NCBI RefSeq assembly: GCF_009914755.1
Contig: NC_060929.1
DNA from: the human T2T-CHM13v2.0 reference genome, Homo sapiens
DNA length: 64,000 nt
Direction: 5' to 3' (one strand)
The position numbers and the translations under genes were made by a program. Shown here in pieces: positions 30,039 through 41,943 of the stretch. Positions within the stretch are counted from its first letter, which is position 1. Each line of letters begins with the position of its first letter. Under the pieces are notes generated by a model that had not been told where the DNA came from, searched no databases, and worked only from the letters and a program-made list of their open reading frames with translations.

Positions 30039-30894
30039 TATAAATATCCAAGGCAGAAGAGGAAAACTTTATGTATTTCTCAGCATTTCTTTTCAATCTA
30101 AAAGAAGTAACAAAACAGAAGAATATTATAAATTTAATCAAAACATTAAAAATGGAAACTTTCATTCAAACTGAAAAGCTCAAAAAGATTATAATAGACA
30201 GATCCAAATACATAAACGACAAACAGATAATTGGGAAGCTAAACTACTAATCTTTTGTGAGCTTTACAAGGGCTATCACAGGCAGCGAAGGGAACATTAA
30301 ATAAAGGGTCCAGTTTAATATAATAGGAGACATTCGGAAAATGTAAATGGTGTTATATTAGCACTACAAACCTCCAGATTGAAATAAATTACGTTGGTAT
30401 TTTTGTGATAGGTACCATACCGCTTTATCTTTTCATGCAGTTTAAATCTAATTTCTCCATTATCAAATTACCATGTAGACTAGAAACAGGAAAATATAAA
30501 GAAACTGAATATTCAATTAAGCATAAATATATTTCTGTATCAAGCACAAACAAAATAGAACACAAATATCCTAACAATGACTGGCAGCATCTCTACTGAC
30601 AGCATAAACAGAAGATCTGAAATGTCAAGTGAAATGATGTCCAGGATTTACTGGTTCGGAGCTTTTTTTTGTTTGTCTGGAGTCAGGCATTGTGGTGATG
30701 GTGAATCTAATGGAGAATAAATTATAATAAGAGTGTGTGAAAAGTAAGAAATATCTTTTTCCAACGAATCCTGTAACTACTGAAGAAAATATATTTATTC
30801 ACCTAAGGAAAAATTAACATCTCAGTTTGGAAATGAACTCTAGAAACAAAGACTTGAGACTTTCTCCAGTGAAATCAACAAAGAATGATTATAG

Positions 30895-31303
<409 letters not shown>

Positions 31304-33819
31304 TAGATCAACTGTGAAAGAAAAGTATACCATGTGAATCTAATTTAAATAAGTCTTCAGAAAACATTGGCAATATTCCTAATAAAATCCCCCAGACAGG
31401 CAGTTTCAAGGGGAATTCTTTTATTAAAAGACAGAACATTTAGAATATATAAATACAGGTTTCATACTTTCAAATGTGAGCCACAGACTATATTCCAGAG
31501 CATTTCTACTTGTTCTTTATGGGCAAAGGCCATACCTCAAGAAGAAATTATAACATTCATAACAACATAAGTAACATGGCTACATATGCCTACATAATTC
31601 AGGTTTAGAAGAAACTGTTCAACAAAAGTGGTGAAAACTGTCATGGGAACAAAAACCAAGGAAAAAAACATAGAGAATTTCATTCAATGTATGTGAGTAA
31701 AAATGTTTGCAGCTGCCTCTGACTAGTGAGGAAACTGCTGACCACTCCGTCATTCACTCTGTCTGTACTTTAGGTTCTCGCTCCACGGTATATTGTGCTA
31801 GTTACCAAGAGGTATTCTAAGGCATAATAACTCTAAAATGTGACATATATCCATCCAAAATAATAAAACCAAATTAATTTGGACTCTCTTCATTGATTAG
31901 GATTCACTGCTGACTTTTGTTACTGCATCGTAAAAAAAAAGGGTTTTGCTATGCAAAGTTGCAGAAAGAAGTTTCCCCTGAATGAGAAAACAATAGTTAA
32001 ACCATCCAGAGGCATCTATTTACTGTCAATTAAAATGATCTACACTTATCACTGAATTCAACACCATTATCTTAGTCACTAGCCGGTAAGACAAGTGCTT
32101 TGAAGGAATATAACAGCTATTTATAAAGAATATGAAAAACTTCTAGGGTAAGATAGTGTGTCAAGGCAGATCACAAAATCTTTTAAAATAAAAACAAAGA
32201 ATTACAACTTCGACTTATTTTTCTTAAATACCAGTTAGCAAAAAAGAGCAAAAGACTTCAGAAATCTATGATGTGTTCCAACTTCCAAGCAGTGTCACCC
32301 ACCTAATCAGACCGAGAGAAAAAAACTAGTGGCAATGTCTATAAAACTTTACCATCATCTTCTAATCTGGAGGGAGGGAGTAAGGAGACTGCCAAGGGAA
32401 CAAGCTGTGGAAAGTTGTGCTGTTCCCACCACCACTGTGACTCAGACATGGAGAGATGGTCAGGATTCCTTAGTGCACTGTGGTTCCCAGGGCTGGGAGG
32501 AAGTGAGAGGACACGACTGTGCTTCACTGTTGGCCAGTTAACTCCATCAGTAAAAAGGGCTCTACTGGAACAAAGGAAAGGCATGGCGTGGTGAAGGAAA
32601 TCTGGGGAAGGTTGGCCAAAGGAATCCTGGAAAGCCTCCTTTAAAGTTCTCCTCCTCCATCAGAACAATGAACACCAGGCTTAAAAAATTTAGGTTTCAC
32701 CTCCTTGCTTCAGCTAAATGGAAGGAGAGTGAGGGTGCCACTTGGGAGACGCATGTGAGACCACTGTTCATAAAAATTAAAATGTGTATGTATATACATT
32801 TTCATTTACTTTTTTTAAAAAAAGGTGGTGGTGTGTCTCCATCCATCCTGTTACTTATTCCCATGGTCTCCTGCTGGTGACCACTTTTATCAGTTTCTCC
32901 TGCATCTTTCCACTGTTTCTCTATGAATATATATTCTTATTTTTCTTTCCTTTTTTCAAAAATGTCCCAAAATTCAAACAAGGATATTTTGAAAGAATAT
33001 TCTTGTTATTCTTTCCTTTTCAAAAAAAGTATCATTATTCATATGTATACATGACATATAAATCCCAAACAGCAGTGGATAAACATTAGTATACATTGCT
33101 TTTTCCCTTTATATCTTCAGAGCTTTCCGTAACAGCGCATAGAGAACTTCTTCTTATTTACAACTACATAATCATGCAGCATGTGGCTATCCCATAATCA
33201 TTCCCTGTTCTTGGATATGTGAGTTGTTTCCAGTCTACTACTAGGACAAACTATGCTGCAATGGATAATTCTGTACAAAAAGCATTTCATATGTGTGCAA
33301 GTTTATCTATAGAACAATTCCCCCAATGGGATTTCCATTTGTAACAGTGATTCATTTGGTCAAATTGCTCTCCGTAGGGCTGAGCCTTTTTTAAAAAAAC
33401 TTATAACTTGATAGAATGACACCCCAACTCTATCCCTTGCCCCAGAAAAGACATAAGAGAAAAACTACCAATTACTGTTGACCAAAGCCCAACAGAGTGA
33501 ATCATATCCATCCCCTCAGGCAACAGAAATGTGAAGAAACATAATCAATCCAAATGGTACCCTTAAACTAAAGTTCTGAAGGGAAGATCAATAGGCCTGA
33601 GATAAGAAGGAAGGAGAGTCCAGAATTTATCCACTTCATATCTATGCAAAAGAGGACCCCAGTAGAATTCTCTATATTAAACAGAAGAGGAATGAAAAAA
33701 ACAACATGGCAAATATGCTATGGTGAATATGTAAAATATTACAGGAAATATAAAAGAATATAAAGGAGAATCATAGCGTACAAAAACAGATTTAAAATTC
33801 CATTTCATGAAGACTATGC

Positions 33820-34030
33820 ACTCTGGAATCAGACTGCCTGAGTGTAAATCTCCTTCCTGCTATAAAATAACTGTGATTTTGTACAACTTAATCAATATAT
33901 TTGTGCTTTTATTTCATTATCTGTAAAATAATTATAGTCCCTATCCTTAGGGGTTTTATGAAGATCAAAATGGCTTAGGATGGTGCTGGGCACATAGTAA
34001 GTACTCAATAAACATTAGCAGCTATTATTG
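33820..34030. mobile_element. MIR SINE
   Basis: ctctggaatcagactgcctgag...ctgtaaaat...ggcacatagtaagtactcaataaa. Confidence 0.7.
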
Positions 34031-34089
34031 CTATTAAATACATAACAAAGAAGCTAAAACATTTATACAACAAATGTTTATATTTTAGG

Positions 34090-34335
34090 GTGGTGCTAGT
34101 CAAAGCGTAGTCCATGAACAAGATGCCAGTCTCTGAACTGTTTCTTACCAGTCAATGAGGAGATAAGCAGATTGTGCCAGGATGTAAATCAACTACATCA
34201 GTAGGTATGCTGTTTAGCCAGCTGACATTTTTTTCCTAGCAAGACACTCTCAAAGCAGGAAGCAGCATGGTTTACATTCTGGTGCATGCTTCTTAGATTA
34301 TCATGGACAAGCAGTTTGAATAACCTTGCTCTAGG
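34090..34335. mobile_element. hAT-Charlie-like DNA transposon fragment
   Basis: gtgctagtcaaagcgtagtcc...gagataagca; resembles the element at 59765-59990. Confidence 0.45.
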
Positions 34336-34479
34336 AGGTACTAAAAAGAATATGCAATCAATGAAACAAAAATAGCAAAGATGAGATAAATTAACAGAAT
34401 TAGATAAAAAGGGAGGCTATAGACAAATCAAGGATCCAAACACTATAAGGAAAATATAGAAACCGCAAAGGAGTGCCGT

Positions 34480-35000
34480 GGGGCTGGAGGGAGCCAAGGG
34501 TAGCCTAGAAGGAGATAAGCGAGAGCAGAAGCCAGGGGAGGATTTTGAGCAGAGGAGTGACATGATCTGACTAGTTTTCACAGGATCACTTTGGTTGCTG
34601 CACTGAGAATAGAAGGCAGGAATAGAAGGCAGGAAGGGAAGGGTGGAAGCAGGAACACTAGTTAGGAGTCTGTTGCAGAAACCCAATAGTAAAATGATGA
34701 TGGCTTGAACCAGGATGGTAGTAGTAAAAGTGGTGAGAAGTGGCTAAATTTGGGGCATATTTTGAAAGTAGAACTGAGAAGATTTGCTGATGATGTTGAC
34801 TAGGCATTGAATATAGAGTCTGGAGTGTAGGAGAAAGGTTCCAGCAGGGAGATGCATATTTGGCCTTTATCTTTGTATAGATTGTATTTGAGAAAGACAA
34901 TATGAGATCATTAAAGACTATACAGGATTTTAAGGAGGTGAGTATAGATAGAAAAAGAAAGGCTGAGCCCTATGGCACTCCAACATTATGAAGGTGGAGT
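34480..35000 (-). mobile_element. L2 fragment
   Basis: ttttgagcagaggagtgacatgatctga...ggatcactttggttgc...gatggcttgaaccagg. Confidence 0.8.
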
Positions 35001-35619
35001 TATTGTTGTCATTATTATTAAGATTAACTATTCCTACAGTGATTTTTTATTTGTGTTGTGTTACAAATGATTTTTGGATAGTTGATGATCTGTCTTTAGG
35101 CTAGATTTATGGCAATTTGTTAGTCACTTCTACCCATTACTGCTATGACAACATGCAATTCATAAATCATTAATGAAACCATTAATTAAGGTAGAGTGTT
35201 GGAAAAAAAAAAAAAAAACAGAACAGAAAGAACTAGCAAAGGAGGCAGAAAAGGACTAGTCAGTAAGGTTGATGGGTTGATGGAAAACCAGAAGAGAGTG
35301 GTACCCCAGCTGCTAAGGAAAGAAAACAGTTCAAGAGAAAGACAGTGCTTAACCGACTTCAAATGCTTATATGACTGGTCAAGTAGGGTGACCGATGAAT
35401 GTAGCAATATTAAAATTTTAACATATTTAAAGAAATTTCACCTAGTACTGAATCCTTCAGCCTTGGAGAGCCTTTTTCGTTCATATCTGAACAGCACCAT
35501 CTTGTGGCAAATATATGTAAAATCAAGATTCCTGTGTTCAATAAGTTTTGTTGTTAATAAATGTTTGTTATTAATAAATATTTTGGTGGAAACTCATTCT
35601 GCAGCAAAACATGCTAGGT

Positions 35620-36870
35620 TTTAGAGATGTGAAGCCAGGATAATTAAACAAGACAATTAGGACTCACTGCACAGGTGCTTTATTCAGAATATCAGGTGCC
35701 ATGAAAGCACTCAGGAGGGCCATCTGCAGCACGGGACGCTTCACCCTTGCAAGACAAAGACAGGTGGACATTTTCTAGGCAGTGGAAGCAGCACTTGAAA
35801 AAACACTGAGGTACCAGAGGGCAAAGACTGTATGTTAGAATCATTTTGCACCGGACATTTATGGCTCAAGTCCATGAAGGAGGAGGCAGAAGAGGAAGGG
35901 AAAGAAGTAAGAGCAGGGGAAAGGTAAAGTAGATTAAAAGAGGTTCCTTATAAGGAACCTAAGGTATTTTGCTCAGGACTTTGGCTTTCATCATGCTGGC
36001 AGACAGATAGCCCCTGGTAGGTGTTAAATGCGAGTGATCTGATCTGACTTGACACAGGTTAAAATAGTCCTAAAATTGTTGATGATGAATATTACAGATG
36101 ATATGGTGACCTATGGGACTTTGAGTTGTACCTTTTAGAGAGAAGGTGAGTGCACTTTTGTTTATATGAAGGAGAGTTGTATTCTATTGGAAGATGGCAT
36201 ACCATTATAACTATTACTGTTGTCTGGAAGTTTAGGTTTGTAAAGAAACTAGGCTACAGGACTGGAAGATGCTAGACTGGGAGAACAATTAGTTAAGAGG
36301 CTGCTACAATAGTGTCGGTGAGAAAGCAGAGCCCCAAACAGATGAAGTGATAGTGGAGGTAATGGGGATGGCATAGAGGGAAGAGTCAGGGATGCCTCCC
36401 AAGCTTATGCTTTTTGTAACTTGGTGGGTGGTGGTGTCATTCACTGAGAAAAGCAATATAATCAGGATGGAGTGGGTTGGGGGTGACCAAGAAATCCAGT
36501 CTGGGACCTATGGAGCTTGGGTGCCCATGGCTTCCAAGAGTGATCCAGTAGGCACTTGCACATGTAGGTCTGGGGCATAAAAGAGCATCTTAGATTGGGG
36601 ATACAAGTTAGTTGCTTGCTTAAATCATGTGAGTAACTGAGAATAGGTATTGAAAAGAGAGGAGAGAGAGAGCTAAAGACAGAACCAATGACTGAAGAGC
36701 ATATGCAGGGTGAGGGGCCCATAACGGAACAGGAGTGGCCCAGGAACAGCATGAAAATCAGACACAGAATGGCATCTGAAAGCCAAGGGAGGAGAGGGCT
36801 TCAGCAGTGGTCAGCACCCACGGCTGCCAAGAAATCAGCATCCACTGCATTTAGCACCTTGACATTCAGA
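35620..36870 (-). mobile_element. Degenerate L2, interrupted at 36083-36247
   Basis: ggactttggctttcat...gtgatctgatctga...agttaagaggctgctacaatagt...gtggtgtcattcactgaga. Confidence 0.65.
36083..36247 (+). repeat. 165-bp direct repeat, copy 1
   Basis: Ungapped match to 37145-37309; 18 mismatches by hand count. Confidence 0.93.
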
Positions 36871-37144
36871 GGAAAAGGTTGGCTGAGAGGGAAAGGAGAG
36901 GCCAATACTCATAACTAAATGCAGGGTCAGGAGAGGCTTTCATTAAGAGAAGATACTTGGAATGCTTACGAACTGAAGGGAATTTGCTAGTAAAGAGGGT
37001 GAAATATACGTGTGGAAGCGTCTTAGAATTAAGGTCTTATCCTCTTGGGCACTGGGTAAGCTCTGTCTCTCCACCACCACTCCTTTTCTGAAGAGGAATA
37101 GGCCACTTAACTCTTGAGTGTGCTGGGTCACAGGATAATGTCTG

Positions 37145-37309
37145 TGATGAATATTACAGATGATAAAGTGACCTATGGGACTTCACGTTGTACCTTTTAG
37201 AGAGAAGGTGAGTCCACTTTTGTTTATATGAAGGAGAGCTGCATTATATTGGGAGATAGCATGCCATTACAGCTATTGCTGTTATCTAGAAGTTTAGGTT
37301 TGAAAAGAA
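37145..37309 (+). repeat. 165-bp direct repeat, copy 2 (ERVL-like internal 3' end, followed by PPT-like and LTR-like sequence)
   Basis: Match to 36083-36247; continues agccaaagtggtgttc-tgt and ctcccagactccctcaatgctagg. Confidence 0.85.
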
Positions 37310-37854
37310 GAGTGTCCATGATGTTAATTAGCCAAAGTGGTGTTCTGTAGATCTGCTGCAGTATCTGCTAAAGAATTGTTCATCGAAAACTTATTCCTGT
37401 CTCTTTTTACTGTATCTTCCTGTACTTTCTGTACCACAAGTACTAAAAACTTTCATCTCCCAGACTCCCTCAATGCTAGGTTTCCTAAACGTAATTTAAG
37501 TTCAGCATCAGATGTACTTACACGTCTGAGTTAAATATGCAACGAGGCAGAACATGAAGCACCTGTTTTGCTGGCTAAGATTCTGGTAGAGTGGGCATAA
37601 TTAAGGAGCTGGCTGCTTCCTGATTTGGCAGGAGGCTTCTGAGTATGCCAAAAGCCCCAGGCCAGTAGACAAGTCTGTTATATGGCTTTGAGAGGTGTTT
37701 CTAGAAACCCAACCTAGAGTGCAGTTCTTCAACTTTCCCAACGATACTGTACATCTTGTAATATCTCATAAGACACACCTTTCTACTTAAACTAACTAGA
37801 GTAGATTCTGTTGTCCACAACTAAACTGTGATTGATACAACATCCAAAACAAAC

Positions 37855-38040
37855 TCTACCACCTGCTTCTGTAAATACATTTTTATTGGAAGGCAGACAT
37901 GTCCCTTCATTGATGTATTTGTCTGTGGCTTATTTCATACTACAAAGGCAGAGTTGAGTATTGCAACAGAAACCATATGGCCCATAAAGCCTACAATATT
38001 TACTCCTTGGCCCTTCACAGAAAAAGTGTGCTGATCCCTC
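37855..38040. mobile_element. MER58A DNA transposon
   Basis: aaggcagagttgagtattgcaacagaaaccatatggccc...tggcccttcacagaaaaagt. Confidence 0.85.
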
Positions 38041-38847
38041 AACTACAGCACGGGAGTGTGCCAAGCTCTGCCGAGCTGTCAGGACACAGTAGAACAGATC
38101 CACGCCAGCCAGATAAGAAACACATAGACTATTCTTAGACTTCTTAGACACTGGAAATATTAAAAAATCCCAACTAGGGTAATAAGTATTTTCAGGAACA
38201 GAATGAGTTGAATTTGAATCCATCTTCATCTTAGATTGAAATAACATTCTTGAGAATTGGCTGTCATTTGTTTTCTTTCTTTGGGGGATTGCAGAGAATC
38301 AATAAGGATGGCAAAGGCCCAGCCTAAATAAAAGGATTATCAAATATCAAATATTACCTATTGGCATTTATTTACAGTTAGAGTAAGCCAGTACCTATAC
38401 TTTTCATTCTTAGCTATTAGAGCTTGCATTAGAAAGGTTAGAGTTATGGGATCTATCAAAGCCTAGCACTCTGTATCTTTCCTTCATGGCACTAATCACA
38501 ATTAATTATTTATGTGAATGGTTATCTGCTTAGTTTCTCATCATTCTCGCTAGACTGCAAACTCGATCAGAACAACGATCAACTTGTCTTATTCATCACT
38601 ATATCCCCAGAGCCTAGCATATAGTTAGCATTCAAGAAATGCTTTGTGAATGAATAAATTAATTAGCTCCAAAGATATGACAGAATTCTGTAGCTTTAGA
38701 GAGAAAGCCAAACAGATAGCTTTTGATCATCCCTATTATATAAATCATTGACTCAACCAGAATAGAGAGTAACCAATCCAAATATATTTTGTTAGATTTT
38801 AAAAATGATCACTTATACTACATTTTTTAAATAATTATGTGAATATA

Positions 38848-39103
38848 GGGTCTGGTGCAGTTGTCCATGTCTGTAATCCCAATACTTTGAGAAGCCGAGG
38901 TGGGAGGATCACTTATGGCCAGGAGTTTGAGACCAGCCTGGGCAACAAAGCAAGACCCCATGACTACAAAAAACATTTAATAAATAAATTTAAAAAGAAT
39001 GAGGATCACTTGAGCGCAGGAGTTTGGGGCTTCAGTGAGCCATGATTGCACCACTGCACTCTAGTTTAGGCAACAGAGCAAGGCACTGTCTCAAAAAAGA
39101 AAA
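38848..39103 (+). mobile_element. AluJ with internal deletion in the right arm
   Basis: Left arm to A-rich linker, then resumes at gaggatcacttgagc. Confidence 0.88.
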
Positions 39104-41130
39104 AGTTACGTGAATATAAATATGACATATGCATTATACATAATATGGAAAACAGAAAAGATTACAAAGTAGACAAAAGGACCATTATCTAACTATGAAG
39201 AAATGAAATATGAAACCTTTCCACAGTGCTTCCCATACCTGGATTCAGAAATTTCTGTACAAGTTGGTTGTCTTATTGATAGAAAGCAATATTAATGTAC
39301 ATTTTCTAAATTGAAGGGAAATCCTTTCAGGGGATACATTGTATTAAAAACTCAAGTTCACTTTCTTTATTACCCATCCATATCCTATCTATTAGCTACA
39401 GATGTATACAGATGTCTGAGCTGCTGACAATCAATTTTCTTTAAGATTTTTCAGGTTCTTCTGTTTGTACTTTTGCTCTCCTGCTTTTACTTGCATGTCG
39501 TACTTATTTAATATCTTTCCCTTTAGAACTATCATCTTACCTTTCTTTCTATTCCAAAGATATAGGCTACAAAGGAAAGAGGAAATAACTCCTATGAAAA
39601 GTTATTTAACTCTCTATTATGGCTTTAAAGTCACTAAAGGCATTTCCCAAGATCCATTTAACTATACCATCATGTGTCAGTCTCTCTCTCTCATCTCCTC
39701 CTTCTCAGTCTCCTTTACTAAATGCTCTTTCTTGGCCTGTTTCTCAAATATCAAAATGGGGCTATTTGCAGCTTCCACTTCTAGTACTGGTGGACTAGGT
39801 AATTTGGATCAATGCTACTGCTGAGGATAACTAGAAAAGCTAGACAAAATAGAAAAAAAAAATAGGCTTGAAGCATCAGAGAACTAATGACATAGTGAAG
39901 AATTATAGAACCCAAATCCAGAAGACAGAAACCCAGAGACGACTCTCCCCCTAGAGTATTTTTCAATTTCAGAAGAGGAAAGCTAGTGCTGTGCTTTTTG
40001 CCCCTCATGGTTAATGAGACAAAAGTGTGACTCCAGTTGTGTGCTTTGGGTTGGGACCCTGAAGGCTACACCTAGGTGTACGAGTGATCTAAAAACAGAC
40101 TGATCCTCCCAGGAATGGAAGCATTCTTTTTAATAACTGCCATCTCTGAAATCAGATTAAAGTGATCACAGATTGTTAGTGCTGCCAGGAACCCGGCACA
40201 AGCAAAAATTAAATCCTCTCTGGAAGAAGACAAGAAAGCCAGCAAACGCAGCTGACAATAGAAATAAATCTATGTGGATTTCAAACTTTTATTAATAACT
40301 GTGATTGCACAAGAGGAGGAAAGATTGAGAATTTTGTCAGATAACTGCAAACTTTAAAAAAAGGCATGGCAGGTAAGAAAAAAATCTAAAATTGAAAAAT
40401 ATAATAGTTGAAATTAAGAATTGAATGGATGGATTTATCATTAGATTAGATCAGCAGCAGAAGGAACTCATGAACTAGAAAACAAGCTAGAAAAAAAACC
40501 CTTCAGAATAAGGGAGAGAAACAAAAAAAGAAAGTAAAATACAAGAAAGCAGGTAAAAGCTACACAGAACAACTATACAATTAGAAGGTGTAACAAATGT
40601 GTAAATTGGAGTCCCAAATGAAAAGAGAGAGAATTAAAGCAAAGCAGTAATTTAAGAGATAATGTAAAGACTTTGCAATATTGAAGAAAAACATCAGATC
40701 ACACATTTTTAAAAGTCCTATGAACTTCAAGGAAAATAAATAAAAAGAAAACCACATCTAGCTTCAACACAGTAAAACTGCTAAGAGCCAATAGCAAAGA
40801 AAAAAGTCTTAAAAACAGCAAGAGAAAATAGATTACCTTAAAAGATGCAACAATAAGAATGTTTCTCAAGAGAAATAATGATAGCTTTAACGTGATGAAA
40901 GAAAATAGCTGCTAATCTAGAGTCATATACAAAGTAAAAGAAAGCACAAATAACCAATGTCAGAAATGAAAATGGGATCTCAGTGATGATCTTGCAGACC
41001 GTAAAATGTAATAAAAAGATTATGACCAATCATATATAAACGCAAGTGAAAGCTGAGACGAAATAAACACATTCCAAGAAATAGACAATTTCTCAAAACA
41101 GACACAGAAGAAATAACCTGAATTCAATTA

Positions 41131-41286
41131 TTTTTTTCTTCAACTTTTAACTTCAGAGGTACATTTACAGGATGTGCAGGATTACTACATAGGTAAATGT
41201 GTGCCATGATGGTTTGCTGCACAGATCATCCCATCACCTAGGTATTAAGGCCAGCACCCACTAGCTATTCTTCCTAACCCTCTCTC
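41131..41286 (-). mobile_element. Short L1PA 3' end inserted in the older L1
   Basis: gtgtgccatgatggtttgctgcacagatcatcccatcacctaggtattaag; TSD tcaattatt. Confidence 0.88.
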
Positions 41287-41643
41287 TCAATTATTATTAA
41301 AGATATAAATTCATAATTGGAAATCTCCCCAAAAAGAAAAATCCAGGTTCAAATAGTAGCCAAATATGTAAAGAAAAAAATAATAAAACTAGAAGATTAA
41401 AAAAGAGGAAACATTCCCCAACTCATGTTTATGAGGCCAGCATAACCATGACACCAAGAACTGATGCGAATATTACAAAAAGGAAAATTATAGATCAGTC
41501 TAACTCATGATTATTACTTCAAAAATCACAAACAAAATGTTAGAAAAATGGATCCTTTTTAAAAAAAGGATAATCCATCACAACCAAGTTGGGTTTATTT
41601 TAGGAATGCAAGGTTGATCTGACAAGTAAAAATTGATTGATGT

Positions 41644-41943
41644 GGCTGGGTGTGGTGGCTCACGCCTGTAATCCCAACACTTTGGGAGGCCAAGGTGGGT
41701 GGCTCATTTTGAGGCCAGGAGTTCACGACCAGCCTGGCCAACATGGCAAAACCCCACCTCTACTAAAATACAAAAATTAGCTAGGTGTGGTGCCGCATGC
41801 CTGTAATCCCAGCTACTCAGGTGGGTGAGGCAAGAGAATTGCTTGAACCCAGGAGGCGGAGGTTGCAGTGAGCCGAGATCCTGTCACTGCACTCTAGCCT
41901 GGGCGAGAGAATGAGATTCTATCTCAAAAATTTAAAACAAAAA
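41644..41943 (+). mobile_element. AluS
   Basis: Full dimeric Alu within L1. Confidence 0.95.

Larger units (their letters stand above)
27425..30097 (-). other. TICAM2: TICAM2 terminal exon 2 (59 nt 5'UTR, CDS, ~1.9 kb 3'UTR)
   Basis: Minus-strand acceptor ttctgttttgttacttcttttAG|ATTGAA (AG at 30099-30098); AATAAA at 27451-27446 with U-rich downstream sequence. 3' end approximate. Confidence 0.88.

Noticed and set aside
35196-35624. 142-aa ORF
   Set aside because: Non-ATG start, runs through an A-tract and L2-like sequence, antisense in an intron, no motif.
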